Notes: generated by a model not told the origin, from the sequence alone. DNA of 64,000 nt from Chrysomallon squamiferum (GCA_012295275.1 CM022670.1:496001-560000), one strand, 5' to 3'. Positions 1-30,685 are shown, counted from the stretch's first letter. A program made the numbers and translations.

Positions 1-72
1 ATTATCTTATATAGGCAAACACAGTGTACACCATCCTTGACAAAGAATAATGATATCACTGACTTGTTGCCT

Positions 73-271
73 GTTGCCATGGTAATCGATTCATTGGAGC
101 CTGTTTTCTCTGAAAATTGAAATACTTAGCCCTAATTTGATTAAGTTCTGATATATTGCTATGGAAACAAAGATAAACAAAATTAGAAGCGCGTGGCATA
201 TTCATGTTTAAAATAATCAAGGTACATAAATGCATAATTCATAAAATGTCAATGATATTCACCGTAGCAAC
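73..271. promoter_or_regulatory. Cluster of three RFX X-box-like motifs
   Basis: GTTGCCATGGTAAT (73-86), ATTGCTATGGAAAC (155-168) and TTCACCGTAGCAAC (258-271) resemble the RFX X-box consensus GTYNCC-AT-RGNAAC. Function is inferred. Confidence 0.55.
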
Positions 272-1321
272 CGAATCAGCGACAACAAAGCAACGCTAAC
301 GATAATAATAATAAATACAAAAGTGTAAAATCCAAAACAAATAGTAACAACAGCAAGAATGAAAACTACAAGAGCAACAGTAACAACAATAATAATAAAA
401 TTCAAACTAATTTTATACTTCTGTATTTATTTATTCCCATATATATTATATTTATTTATTCCCATATATATTATATTTTTATATCAAATATATGTAAAAA
501 AACACACACACATATAAGTTATACTATTTACTAAAGGGGGATTATGTGCATGTATGTATGTATGTGTGTATGTTTGTATATATGTATGTATGTATGTACG
601 TACGTATATGTTTGTATTATGAAAAAACTTTATTAAATAATTATATGTGAATGGATGAATTATATCCTAGGTAAATCTGAACTTTATTTCTATTATACTA
701 TTTGTTTATGGGAATTTGATTTCTCATTTTTCTTTATGCAGATTCATGATGCGAGGTTTCATAATAACCTATTTTATAGTTCATCATTTTTAAAGCATTG
801 TCTTTCGTTTGATATATAATATTCTTCATATATATTAATAACCAATGTACTTTTCTTCAAAAGAATGGTTATTCATTCATTCATTCATTCATTTCTGTCT
901 TTATCTAGCTTATGTGCGTGCGTGCGTGCATAAGTTGCGTGGCTTTATCATTTTTGAGTATATGTATGCATTTATTTTAATATATACACATTTTTTTTTC
1001 ACATACATAGATAGATTATGTATACTTGTATAATTTCATGCATACACATATACATACATACATACATATATACTGCACAAACACGTATACATACATACAC
1101 ACATACATAACTACACACACGTACACACATTTTTAAAGTTATTTAACTGTTGACTGTGAATCGCACTGTTTGACAACGAGAGCGCAGAACGCTCTGTGTG
1201 ATTCCTGCAAACAAGAGGGTACTTCGTGTTTATCTATCACAAAACTCTACTAACATCGATTTTTATCCCAGTTGTCTTGCTAGAGTATAATAAGCCACGG
1301 GATTTATATGTTTATTAAACC

Positions 1322-1575
1322 GTTACCATGGCAACCCATCTTGCGAAATAGTCAAGCGGCGCGCGCAAAAGTTATGAGTAGCAGTCGACATCGTTGTCAT
1401 TCGTGGCCCACTCTGAAAGAGTGTCTGAAACAGATCATTTTTCATTCTGTGTCGTAGTCGCTGTTGACGTAAACTACGTCATAGCAACAAACAAACAAAA
1501 GAGATGTACAGTTCCTAGACGTACAGTGTGTATCGCGTACAAAGCGCGGAGTTTATTACCGTGTGACGTGTTTTG
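1322..1575 (+). promoter_or_regulatory. Probable promoter and non-coding first exon of the CNG channel gene
   Basis: Near-perfect palindromic X-box GTTACCATGGCAAC (1322-1335), a CpG-rich patch including GCGGCGCGCGCAAAA (~1356-1370) and a consensus donor TG|GTGAGT after 1575. The first coding exon (13315) has an acceptor upstream of its ATG, so it needs an upstream exon. The linkage between the two is inferred. Confidence 0.5.
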
Positions 1576-1992
1576 GTGAGTGTAGCTTTTTCGTAATAGT
1601 TTTAAAAAAAGTAACTTTAGAAACATCAAATTAAATCACTGAATTTAAACCGGTATATGTTGATGTAGATATGTTGTTGTTGGTTTTTTTTCTGTTATTT
1701 TATTGTACTGTTTATTTATTTATTTTGTGATATTTTTGTTGTTTTAGTTGTTATTTTTGTTTGTTTGTTTGTATGATTACATGAACAATGAACAAACGTG
1801 AATATATATATATATATATATATTTTTTTTTTTATGTATTGGTATACGCATCTGGCTGTGTTTGTGAAAACTGTGTGTGTGATTTATGTATAATATCAAA
1901 ATATGAATGTACGTGAATTTATACATCTGTTCGTATGAAAGCAGATAACTTTTTAAAAATTTGTTTCTATGAATATAATGATATATATTGGC

Positions 1993-2156
<164 letters not shown>

Positions 2157-2283
2157 AAACTCACCTTACTAGAGTATTAAAACGGCAGATGTTATCATCA
2201 TCGTTAAAACAAAATATAAAGAAACAATAAAATATGCTTAGAAAAAATAAGAAGAAAGAAACAATGGAAATAAAGAATATATT

Positions 2284-2320
<37 letters not shown>

Positions 2321-2492
2321 AGTTATAAGAAAGCAAAAAAAGAAAATGAAATATAACTTGATTACATCCACAGAAAACCTGACAAAATATTTTAAAAATA
2401 AAATACAATAAGAACAACAAAAAAAACCCAGATTCAACAACAAACAGATTAATAAATATAAATAAATAAATAAATAAGTAGATAGATGGATG

Positions 2493-2529
<37 letters not shown>

Positions 2530-2923
2530 ATACATAGATAGATAAATAAACAGATAACTAAATAAATAAATAAATAAATACAAAGCAGATAAATAGATAA
2601 ATATAAACAAACAACAAACAAAACAAAACAAACAAACAAGCTTCAAGAAAAAATTGAAAAAGAACTAAACAGACATGACTTATAGTGGTAATTGTTTTCC
2701 AACTAAATTTAATTTTCATGACGTTTCATATGAAATATTGGTTCGCTTTACCAAATAAATCATAATCAGATAAACGTGACAGCTGTGTACATCACTGCTG
2801 TTTATTTGACAAAGTTGTCATCTCTTATACATTACAAATTTCAAAACACCGATGTATCTAACAACTGAATTTAGGGTTTTCTAGTTTTGTTGGATATATG
2901 CTGTGTTTGTTTGTATTTTTAAA

Positions 2924-2986
<63 letters not shown>

Positions 2987-4459
2987 GATATTGTTAATAA
3001 TATTATAATTGTACAAATCTGAAACATTCTTTTCTTTATATATGCGAGTGTGTGTATATATATATCAAGAAAAAAATCAAGAGAATCATGATATGATATT
3101 TACATTTGTGGTTCAAATTTATATACAAAAATTCATCATTTACTTTTTACATAAATGCATAGGAAAATTCAACAGACATCGTTTGAATTCTATATATACG
3201 AATTCGTCTTATTTCCTTTCAGATATAATTATACGTTGTTTCTTTGTACAAACATAAATTAATCAGATATAATTACACAGATGCATTCACAAACACATAA
3301 ACATACATATATAGACTGGAAAGTCCATCGCATATGTTTTGTTTATATAAATATATGTAAGGGAATGTGGGCATATATGTGTGTATGTACGTATGTTTGC
3401 ACATATGTATATATGTATGTATGTATTGTGTACGTATGATAGACATATTGACAGACAACCAAAGATGTATACACTATAGAATTTATTTTATATATTTTTT
3501 TTTGTTGTTGATGTAGCTATATATTTAATTATACGCTTTTAATGTATTCATCATTTGAATGTTTCATGTAGAAAGTCATTATATTTCTCTTTTGATATAA
3601 CTATACAGGTAGAGAGATGGATTTATTTTTCTTTTCATGTAGCTGTATATTTAAATAAAACATTTCAGTAACTACAGTTTACTTGTTTATACCTATTTCC
3701 CTTTTAAACAGAACTCTGTATTTACAAAGAGAAATTCAAGGAAATAATTATGTCATTTTTACATTTACTTTTTCATATTTACTCACGGAAATTCATTACA
3801 TTTTAGCATTTAAAAAATCACCATCTGAGACATATATTGTGTGTTATAATTACATCTGGGAGTTCTGCATTTACAAGTATGTATTATTTATGAATTGTTT
3901 TTCAGGAAGACAGTCGTGTATTCGCAAATACGAACTGTTTTTTTTTTTTTTCTTTTCATTTAAAAAACTGGTTTCTGTTTTCTTGTTCTGGATCTTTTTT
4001 TGGAGAGAGGAAAATTGAATTGTATACTGAATTAGTTTTTTTTTTGTTTTTGTTGTTCTTTATTTCTTGATGTTGTTTGTTTTTACTTTGAATTTTTTTT
4101 TTTTAATCCTCGTTTGTTTTCTGCAGTTTAATATCACTACTGCTAAAACAACAGCAACAATTACTGCTACTATTATTATTGTTATATTATTATTATTAGT
4201 GGTAGCAGTAGATTTTGTGGGAGCAGAAGTAACAAACCTGTGTATTTGTTGTTGTTGTTGTTGCTAATAGCAGTATCGGAAAAGTCGTAGACGTAGAAGT
4301 AGTAGCAGCCGCAGCAGCAATGCCGATGTTGCTCCTGATGGTGTTGTTTTTGTTGTTGTTATAACGTATCGTTTATTCTTATCTCAGATATAATTTAAGT
4401 TATTGACTTAATTAATATCTTTCAACTGTTATTAACAACGGGGAGTATTAGACATTTGT

Positions 4460-4760
4460 TTTAACAAACACAATATGTATAACAATACGCAAACAGTATA
4501 GAACGTATAACACAACGTATGAAACTAAATGTATATAAAATATAATATGTACAATACGTATAAAAACACTAAGTATAACACAATACATATAAAATAAAAT
4601 ACATACAACACAATACGCATTAAAGACACCAAGTATAGCACACAATATGTATAAAAATGAAATACTTATAACATACAATACGAATAACGCACAATATGGA
4701 TATAATACAAAATGTAAAAAACAAGACAAGATATAACACAGTACGTATAATACAGAAAAG
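4460..4760. repeat. Degenerate short tandem repeat (ACACAATACGTATAA-like units)
   Basis: Recurrent variants such as acacaatatgtataa, acaatacgtataaaa, acacaatacgcat and acagtacgtataa. Confidence 0.6.
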
Positions 4761-7700
4761 CTAATCAAAACTTCAGATCAATAGACAGTTATGCAACATT
4801 AGAACATTAAGAACAATAAATTTTCTAATTCCAGCACTCAAAACACATGTACACATGTCTAACAATGAAAATATTAAATAACAGTGATATAAAACTTGAA
4901 TGTGTTTTATGAAATAAAGATATCAGATTGTTCAAAGCACGACATAAAAAAGTATTATTATAAAGCGTGAATGTTGTATTAAAAATAATAATGGCGTGAG
5001 ATCTGTGAACACAGCTAACTGATTGTAGATATCCTCCTGGGATGAAAGAATCAATACAGATAAATCTGCAGCCATTTTCAAATAAGTAAAAACATTAGCT
5101 ATGAGGTACGCGCTGGGGGATATATAGCGACACAAAACACACACACTTATAAATAAATAATAAATATGTGTATGTGGTTATGTGTGTGTGTGTGTGTGTT
5201 TGTATGTGTGTCTGTGTATACAGAGAGAGAGAGACAGACAGACAGACACACATATACATGTGTGAATCTCTGTGGTTATGGTATGTTTTCATCTACGTTT
5301 TAGATTAAGTAATAGTATAAAGTATATGTGCTTGCCATAACAATATTAGCTTTGTGCTTTGTTAATACGTAACAAAATGGAGTTTAATATCTATTACTAA
5401 ATCAGAACTTTTTGACGTATTTTGAAATAAGTAAACCTACATTAGCAATCTGCTGCACATTGGGAATGGTGCAAAGCTTGTATCTTTTAATGAATTTCAG
5501 ATTGTGAAAGAGATAAAAATAATATTAGGTACACTGGGACGATGCATTAGTGTAAAACATCTGTCAGTTACATAAATCAAATTACTATTATTTTTTTTTT
5601 TAATACAAAAATAATATTAGCTATTTTCTACACCATGGGAAGAGGTGAAATTACAAACTGTTTATCTGTCCTGAATTCTGAGTTTGCAAAATGAAAAAAT
5701 ATATAACAATATAAATATATTTATGTTAATCTAAAAATAGGAAGAAAAAAAAAATATATATAAATATATACAGACAGAGTGAGAAAGAGAGAGACAGAGA
5801 AAGAGTTAGATACATACACATTTAAATATATAACTTAGTAATTATCATTAAAAGAAACAAAATACCTATATACTTACACTTTGAAAATATTGACACTAAA
5901 ATAAAAAAATTTATATAAAAAGAACAGATTTGGTAAGTAAAAATTTATTTTTTGAATCAAATATAAAGTTTTATATAAAGTTTTTATCGTTATCAATTTA
6001 TTTTGAATCAAAAATGATATTATTATTTTTATTTTTATAATTATAATAATAATTATTATTATTTTTATTATTATTATTATTATTGTTTTGCATTAACACT
6101 GAAACATTGGGAATTCAGTATAAAAAATATTTATTCCAATGAATAATGATTTTTTCAATTAATTTTTAAAACAGTTACAACAACATTAATGAAAACCAGC
6201 TTCACGTGGGAATACAGAGTGATAAAACATATTATATCTGTTAGTTTTAACCTCAGTTAACTGAAAAACATGTTAAACTAAAATAAACACTTTCCTGCTC
6301 TCTGTAGAACAGTACATGTATAAAATTGCGTGAACGTTCAGAAATAAATAAAAGCTGTATATTCTACGGTAGCATTGTTGTATAAATTTTAGTGGTGCAG
6401 TCGAAAGCGTATAATATATATATAATGACTACTGATTTTTTTAAATCGTTAATAGTAAACAAAACTAATATATTCCATATTAGCATTGCTGTATCTATTT
6501 GGATTCCAGTAGGAAGAGTTTAAATTATATATTTATTACAAATGAATACTGCATTACTATATACATTAACACTTTCAGAGATACTCTACTTGGCCTGCAC
6601 AAATATGAAGATTTTTTGATAAAATAAATAAATAAATAGTAATAATAATAAAATGAGTAATAATAAATAAATAAATAAATAAATAAATAAGTAAAAAAAA
6701 AAACATTACTTTGAAAATAAAGGCAATTTTAAAAGATGGAGATGGAAAGGTTTTCAGAAATGGTTGATATCTTCAGTCCAAAGTCTAACTAGAACTTATC
6801 TTGTACATATCTCTGATTTGTGAACAGAACGGAATAATAACTTTAAATTAGAAAATGATGTCATACACATCTTATCTAATAGACTTCTTTTGAACTTTGT
6901 ATAATGAATGAAACAACTTGATTATAAACTTATTCAAACGGATGTTGCATAAAGTGTCAGATATAATTGTTTAATATTCTGTTAAAAGTTTTGATTTCTA
7001 ATTTTTTTTTAATTCACCTTACGATAATGCATACAATTTACGATAAATCTCGAAACTTCTTTTGTTGTTGTTTTTTGTTGTTTTTCTTCCACTAATGACG
7101 TAAAGTTACAAAGGGAAAAAACGTGTCAGTGGTAAACACTAACATATCACGTGACACATCTGAGTTCCTTGGCTCCCATAATGCAATTTACAGGTCGTTC
7201 AGACAATGATATTGATTGGCTCTTGCTCTCGATTAAGTATCAGGACACTTACATTCATCAGCTACTGCGTTTGAAATTTATTTAGTTGTTCGTGACGAAA
7301 CGAATTATTTAGTTTTAATGACGCAAACATCATTAATCATCGAAGATGTTTTATGATATAACCGTTTTGTGTGTGGCTGATGTTGTTTAGTGGCTGTTAG
7401 AACCGTTTTTATTATTGACAGAGAAATATAAAGGAATACCTCAGAAATGTTCGTACATGTAATAAAAATAACAGTAATAATAACGATGATGATGACAAAA
7501 GTTATAATAGTAATAGTAATAATAATGAAATGCTAGAAAACTGTGCATTCTAAAAGTTTCACGAAAAGAAAGAACGATGCACTTTTATTCACGTATTTAC
7601 GGTTTCGCGAAGATAAATACTCTCTCGCTGCTGGAAGTCCTCGTATAAATTAAATATCGACGTGTTGTGTGTAAGTTGTCTTTCTGTGCTGTACACGTTC

Positions 7701-7984
7701 TATATCTGTCTCAACACAAAACTGTCCAATCACACGTAAATTTATGATCCTGTCCAGCTTCTAATTTCTAATTCGAGATGGAGAATGTGATACGTGGATC
7801 TTTTTATGAAGTTGACAGAAATTCGAAGACAATTTCTGACCCAATTACTGGTCGTCTAACTCTGTTTTATAAAAGATGTTTGGAACACGAAGTGATGTAT
7901 TGTCCAGTTTTGTTTTGTGTTTTTATGAAAAACGTACCACAGACATTTTGACCAATTTGTTAATTTCTTGAAAGGGTATTTAAA

Positions 7985-8232
7985 AATAATTACAATAATA
8001 AGAATACCAACAACAACAAATACAACAATGGCAAAAGCAACAATATCAACAATAACAATAATGGAAACAATAACAACAACAACAATGTCAGTAATAATAA
8101 TAATAATAATACGAACAATAACAATAAAAACAACAACAACAACAGTAATAATAATAATAATAATAGTGACTACGACAATAAAAACAACAATAACAACATA
8201 CACAAAAACAACGTCAACAACAAAACTATCAA

Positions 8233-8271
<39 letters not shown>

Positions 8272-8810
8272 CAACAACAGCAATAATAATAATGGTAACA
8301 ATAGCAACAACAACAAGAACAACAATATCAACAACAGTAATAACAGTAATAAGGTTAAGAACAAGAACAGTAACAATATCAGTAATAACAATAACAACAT
8401 AACAGTAAAAGTAAAATATTTCCATTGTTTTTGCATTCAAATATCAAAAAAATTATCATCATCATTATCATCACCTTTATGATTATGATTATTATTATTA
8501 TTATTATTATTGTTGTTGTTGTTGTTGTTGTTGTAGTAATAGTAGCAGTAATAGCAATCGTAGTAGAAGGGGTAGAAATAGTAGTAGTAATAGAGTAGTA
8601 GTAGTAGTAGTAGTAATGTTAGTAATAGTAGTAGTAGTATTAATAGTAAAAGCAGTAATAGTAGTAATAATAATAGTAGTAGTAATATTAGTAGTAATAG
8701 TAGTAGAATGTTATTAATAGAAGTAGTAGAAGTGACAGTAGAAGCAGTAATAGTAGAAATAATAGTAGTAGTAGTAGTAGTAGTAGAAGTAGTACTAATA
8801 GTAATAGTAG
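7985..8810. repeat. Cryptic trinucleotide low-complexity tract (AAC/AAT, then TAG/TAA)
   Basis: Degenerate trinucleotide repeats that generate the poly-I/T/V/L ORFs in the track. Confidence 0.9.
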
Positions 8811-9829
8811 TGTTCACGAAAGGGGGTCGTAGTGATAAGAAATGTTGAATAATTGGCTGATTTCTATAACATAAGCTTAACTGATTCGATTCGAACCCGT
8901 AGCCTATACGACAACAAATCAGTGACATACGAAAGGTAATTTTAAATAATACTCAAATTTAATGGCTGTTAATTCTCCTCGCTTAATAAACAAAGGGAAT
9001 GCGCGAGAAAGAATTAATAAAGTATGTGGAAAATCCAATTTCTGATGTCAAGCAAGACAAAAGATCCGTGAAATCATGTAAATAATACATGTGTTTGTTC
9101 ACATATCAATATCAGCTTAATTACACTGGATCAATTTGTCAGTGGTACACAAAAGTTGCACAGTCTGCTACTCGCTTTAGAATTGGTTGCAGTTCATATA
9201 TTTTTCAGTTTGATAGATTTTGTGTTATTATTTTAAACAACAAACAGACTATTGTTGGTTGAAACTTAATTTCACACTCATACACAATCATATATACGTA
9301 TGTGCGCATATACTTATGTGTATTTGTACTCATCCATCAGTATTACATGAGTGTATTTTTAAAATTCAGATCAGTGGACTATATATTCCATCAGTACCAC
9401 TGCGCCAGTTTACGTGTGTTAAACCACGTTTTTGAACGAGATCTGTAGCTCAATAACGTGATGTCCAAATGCTGAGTAATATTTAGCGCAGGTAATATTT
9501 AGCGTTGACATCGCTATACTTTAACTGTAATTGTTCTTCATTAAGAGACTCTGACATTCGTGATCAGCAGCAGTGACGTGCGTCCTAGTGAAAACGTAAC
9601 ACTAATAACAGTACTCGTGTACAGTCAAACAGCTATTACTGGCAGTTCTCTCAATAACAGTACTGTAACAGCCAGTCTGAATAAAGATTAGAAGTTTATA
9701 TATTTAGGTAAGTAGAAGGAGGCATACATACGTACGTACGTACGTACATACATACAGAAATAGATACATACACATATATATATATTCATACACACATACA
9801 CACACATATAGATATGTGCATATGAATAG

Positions 9830-9864
<35 letters not shown>

Positions 9865-10622
9865 CCTATACACACACACATACACATACATACATACTTA
9901 CATATTAGCATACATGCATACATACATACATACATACATACATACATGTGTATGCGTGTTTCTGTATGTATATATATATATATATTTATGTAATGACATG
10001 TAATAAGTGCAGAAACATAAGAGTTCAAGAAAAAAGGCAGAGAGGTTAGGAGGGAAAGAAAGAATGAATGATAGAGGGATGGAGAAACAAACAGATACAT
10101 ACAATTTTAAACTAACATATTTAATAGGTAAGATATATTAATAAAATAAAATAATAATAATAGTAATAATAATAAAAATATATACAAATATAATAAATAA
10201 ATAATATTAATAAATAATAAATTATTTGACAAAAATGCAGTATCTTTTTTTTCTGAAAATCTAAATTCATATGTTAGCAAATTAAATGAAAGAAAGAAAG
10301 AAAAAATCAAAAAAAAAAAAAAACCACAAGAAGAAAAAAATGCAAGAAAAAACCCAACAATATATGTTAATTATACATTTCAAGCACGAATACTTCACAA
10401 GTCATCGAATTCAGTGGATTAATTAAAACACTGGCACAAAGACGTGACGAAGCATACAGTGTTCATGTTTTGAGAATATTTGAAATTTAAGTAGGAAAAT
10501 CTTTTAACCAGACCTAGCGTGATACTTTCATACTTTGTGATTCCTGTATCGATTTCTGCCTCAAGTCTGAGAAGATTTTAAATGTATCTTTTTATAATTT
10601 TTGTGTTAAAATGAATATAGTA

Positions 10623-10625
<3 letters not shown>

Positions 10626-10696
<71 letters not shown>

Positions 10697-10737
10697 AGAG
10701 AGAAGGAGAGAGACAGACAAAGACAGAGAGAGAGAGA
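10626..10737. repeat. (AG)n microsatellite
   Basis: Read directly. Confidence 0.95.
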
Positions 10738-11249
10738 TAAATTCATTCATCTATACATATATATCTTTTCAAAACATTAATAAATAAACATTATTATTTT
10801 CTTTTTGATTTTCATTATCATTTATTTATTTATTTATTTATTATTTTATTTTATTTTATTATAGTTTTATTATTATTTTATTTATTTTTTACATTTATAA
10901 TCAAAACAATTAAGTCTTTATTGAGATTTCAATTTCCATGACAACGTACTTGGTAATAAACTGTTAATGGTGTGTTTATGGATGCATTTCCGTAGTGGTC
11001 CGCTAATCTATTTTAATGTTCCGCACCATTATTTAAATACCACATTCTCTGACATTAGCTGTTTGTTACTCTGAATAATCACTTGTTCCTGGAAATCCAA
11101 AACCAGAAACTACATAATCTGATCCTTTAACGCATGAACATTTCTATTACTGTGTCTTTACCGATACTAGCGTACTTACAGCACTGTAACAGAAAGACAG
11201 GACTCTCCATCATTTAAATATAGTTATTGTTGATTGTATATGTATGTTT

Positions 11250-11293
<44 letters not shown>

Positions 11294-11973
11294 TGTGTGT
11301 GTGCGCGCGTGTGTAAATATATAAGAAGAAGAAAATTAATAATGATTCAGTGTTGACAAAAAATGCAACAAAAACACAATAAATTAACAATAAAAAAGAT
11401 GATGATGATGATAATGATGATAATAATGATAACAATAATAATAACAATAATAATAATAACAGCAATAAGGATTTTACTTAGACGTGGCTGTAAACTGGAA
11501 TTTATTCTAACACTGCTTTACTTGGTGTAACATAAAAAAGAAAATCATTTCCACACAAAATCAAAGTGTGATGTTGTTGACTTTGCTCTCTTTTCAGTCA
11601 CTTCTTGTTTATTAACTCAGAACCTCGCGGCTCATAAAATTTCATTTTCTTCCTTTTTTCCATTTTATTTGTTCATATTTTTTCCATTTTATTTTATTTT
11701 TTCTTTATTTCTTTCTCATTTAATTTTCAGTTTTATTATTTTTTTGTCTGTCTATATTTTTAGTTTTTTCTTTATTCTTTTAATTTGTAATTTTTTTTCT
11801 TTCGTTCATTCATCCTTTATTAACTTTTATTTTTTCAGTATGTCCTTCTTTTCATTTATTTTTATTTGTCAGTAGTTTGATTCTTGATTACACACACACA
11901 CACACACACACGCAGTCATACCACACAGATACAGACACACACACACACACACACACACATACACACAGATACA

Positions 11974-12015
<42 letters not shown>

Positions 12016-12540
12016 TACATATGTACATAGCAAAAACATTAAACTTCAATGGTTCTTTCGAAGAAATTACTTATTAACTTCTTTTTTTTTCAGTTCATGT
12101 GAAAACCTAATACAAATTATTTACTTATGTCGTATCGATTGACTTACTTTACACCGTGTTTGACTGCACAGCAAAATCACGTTCAAAGTCTTTCATAGTT
12201 TAGTTTTCTTTCAACAGTATTACAGTAAATCAAATTGTCTACAGACATTTTATTTATTTAGATCTTATACAAATCAAACCGCAGGCCAAATATATAACAA
12301 AAGTAACTACTTCATTTATTCCTAAATCCAAACTGTGCTCAGATAATGAACTCTCAATTTATATATTCCGTGCAAATTGCTGCGCGTGTATTTCTGAATA
12401 CTTGTTACGTACACTTGGCATTAAACAGATTTTATTTATTTTTATTTTTTTATTTTTTTATTTTTTATAGTGGGCCAAGGTATTATTTAGATAGTACAAA
12501 TGTAGTGAAAGTAACTAAAATATATATAAATAATACGGTG

Positions 12541-12575
<35 letters not shown>

Positions 12576-13242
12576 TCAACAATAATTTTATTTGTAAATG
12601 GACAATAATCTGGTTGAACATAATTTTATTGATAATAACAGTTTTTATCCGTTGTGTTTTGTTATTGTTATCAGCTTCGTTGTGCGTTATATATTAATTA
12701 ATTAGTTTATTTATTTTTTTTTTTTTTTTGTATTTATTTGTATTTATTTATTTATTTTTTTATTTATTTGTATTTATTTGTATTTATTTATTTATTTTTT
12801 TATTTATTTATTTGTGTATATGGATATATGTCTATATATCTGGATGTGACAACAAAAAAAAAAAAAAAAAAAAAAAAGCTGACTTTTACACTGAAATGCA
12901 CTGAGCAGTATTTGTCTTTGTGCTGTGATGTCATTTCATTTGGAAACTAATTTTGTGTAGGAAAGCACATCTATGTCTTACTGTGGTAATTTCCTCACTG
13001 TTGCGCTCGGATGTCCAAGTATTTCACACAGTAATATCTTCATCAAGTGTACTGTTGTAACTTCGCATCCTTCATCCCCACGTTAATTAAATAAATAACA
13101 AATATAGAGAGAAAATAAAACATAGTTTATTTTACACACAAACATATTACTATTACTATTATTATTACTATTATTATTGTTGTTTTTTTGTGTTGTTATT
13201 GTTGTTGCTGGTGAATTTGTATTATTACTGTGCTTGTTGTTG

Positions 13243-13283
<41 letters not shown>

Positions 13284-13340
13284 GTTATTGTTATTTTTAT
13301 TTTTGTTGTTATAGATGACCAATACAAGGAGGGTGACGTC

Positions 13341-27946
<14,606 letters not shown>

Positions 27947-30464
27947 TAATAATAATATTTTTAAAAAAAAACAAGAAAATAAAAATAATAATTCAGTGGA
28001 ATAATACAGATGCATTAAAACACAAAGTCACAAAATTTGTTTACTTTCTAGGAATGCTGGTTCATTTCCTACAAGTTCTGCAACATGTCTGGCGCTGGTC
28101 GCCATTATTGTTAATTTTATTAGATTTTACAAAGTGTTTCCGAGTAGAGGCGTTTAGAAAGACAACAATAATACATAGTCCATTCCGTCGTGTTATTAAT
28201 GTTCTTACTGTTTATTATTATCTGTGTAGTTTAACCAAGTGTTTTCGTACGTCCATTTTATCAAGAAAAGAAAACTAGATTTTATTTTTATTTTCAGTTT
28301 AAACTTTATGATACCTTCGTTATTGTTTCGTTCGTTTTTGGATTGTGGGTTTTTAAAAAAATTGTAGTATTATTGTTATTTTATTTAGTAAATAAAAGGA
28401 AAAAGATATAGAGCAACATTATGATTTTTTTTTTTTTGTAAAGTAGTTCTCTTGAATCCTAACACCGTTGTATAACTACTAGAGTATATTTGTTTAGTTA
28501 TTCTTTGCAGTTCATATTAAATAAATAAATAAATAAATTGGAATTAAATACAAATTAAATTTTTTTTTTAAACATAATACAAATAAAAAATACAATACAA
28601 AAAAGCAGTTATAAATCGTACTTTATTAATTACAAATTATTAAAACATAGGATTACGAGAAAAAAACACCACTAAATGAAAAACAAAAATCAAAAACAGG
28701 CTTGCATTCCATTACCATCAGTACACTATAAGTACACGTGTTTTAAAATCATACCAACTGTTACAGTGAAATGCGTTATCTTGTGTTCAGAAACTTGAAA
28801 ACAATCAAAAATGTTCAATAGACTGCCATTGAGTTTTATATTTTTGGTTTGCAAGTGAAGTGATGTTAGTTTGTTGTCTGGGTGTTTTTATCTGATTATT
28901 GTAAGTGCCTCTCTAGTGACTATGCGTTATTGTTAGAATTAGTAAAAACTACAAGTGTTGTAATATCAAGTTCTAGTAAAAAAGATCTTGTAATATTTTC
29001 TTCGACAGAATCTCCAAACTCGTTCAGCTGTTTTTGATTGTGCATATATTTTCTAACACTCAAGTCCAGTGAACAAGAAGATAAAAACTTTTTACTCGTC
29101 AGTGTCAGCGTCAAGTAACGAAGACTCTGTTTAATCATGACTTTATAAAAAAACAAATTAAAATTTAATAATATATCTGACAGCCATATACTTCATTAAT
29201 GACTCCTTCTTAGTACATCAACGCCTTAACTATATGTCCTTTAGTGTGGTTTGACAGGAATTCTGAAAGCAACTTCTAATCAAAGTAATAAGATTTTTAG
29301 CAAAGAGATTATTCAAAAACCTTATTGTTGTTGGTTAAAACTGATCAATGATTTTAGATCATGAGTACATCATCAAATCTTTTCTATATTTATGGCTGGT
29401 TGTTTTTTTCTAATGTCATTACTTTAATTCGTCTCTAAACAATAAAACATTGGTTTGCAATGTTTGCTAAACCTGTAACAAATATTGGAGAGAAAATGTC
29501 ACGTGATCTCAAATTGCCTTCTGATTGGTCGTGATGCCAGGCAGACGCAAATTAATGCTTACCAATTATATAAGTGAAGAGTCTGATCTTGTTTCTTTGT
29601 GCTTGCGGTCCACTCCATGGAGTATTTGCTTCTAAAGAAGATCAAGTGATGTTTGGTCTTGTTTGCAAACAAATGTTTGATAGAGCAGAGAATGAAGACG
29701 TTTAACTGGAACAATCGTCATCCTTCTGAAACGTTTCTGTAGGAAACAGAAAATTGTTTGTTATGAATGTTAGTCCAAATATTTTATTCCTCATATTTTT
29801 CATGCCAAAATTTCTTGTTGTGTCTTTAATTTGCAGTCACTATGTGTTTTATATATCTATTTTTAAGAATGTTTTTAATACTCTGTAATTATTTGTTTAG
29901 TCATATTTATTAGATTTTGGTTTTAGAATAATTGTGATAATTCTTAACTTTGTTATACATACGGAAATAGAAATTATGCAAATTTGATGTACATATTCAA
30001 CTGTCTACCGAAAAAGAAATATATATATATATATATATTAAAAAAATAATTTTAAAAAGATATTAGATATTACTCATTAACTACTGTAAATAGTGATAAT
30101 GGGTGTTTCTCAAGTTATTATTATTTTATTTATTATAATTTATTTTTTTATTTATTTTTTTTTTTTTATCTACTTATGAATATGAATTGCATAACCGCCA
30201 AACTCAGGTTTTCGAATTATCAAAATATTATAATTATTACTTTGGGTCAGATTTAGACATGACGAGAATCAGTTGCGAATATAAAAGAAATAACTGTTTT
30301 TTTCAGGGTGTACAGTTCAGTCTTGGATAGATGATAAACAACATTAATCCAAAAATATGCTCTGGCACTGTGAGACGCTTTGATAATTTGAGAAACCGTA
30401 GAGATCATATTTAACTTGGAACTGAACTTATCATATCACGATAACAGTATAAAACCTGATCTTA

Positions 30465-30685
30465 GTCTATTCAAAGTAGTAAGGCTGTATAAATACAGAT
30501 CTGGGTCTATTCAAAGTAGTAAGGCTGTATAAATACAGATCTGTGTCTATTCAAAGTAGTAAGTCTGTATAAATACAGATCTGGGTCTATTCAAAGTAGT
30601 AAGGCTGTATAAATACAGATCTGGGTCTATTCAAAGTAGTAAGGCTGTATAAATACAGATTTTGGTCTATTCAAAGTAGTAAGGT
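30465..30685. repeat. 40-bp minisatellite, ~5.5 copies
   Basis: Unit GTCTATTCAAAGTAGTAAGGCTGTATAAATACAGATCTGG starts at 30465, 30505, 30545, 30585, 30625 and 30665 (partial). Copies are near-identical with no spacers. Confidence 0.97.

Noticed and set aside
30465-30685. CRISPR-like regular repeat
   Set aside because: Units are contiguous with no unique spacers, there are no cas genes, and the context is eukaryotic.
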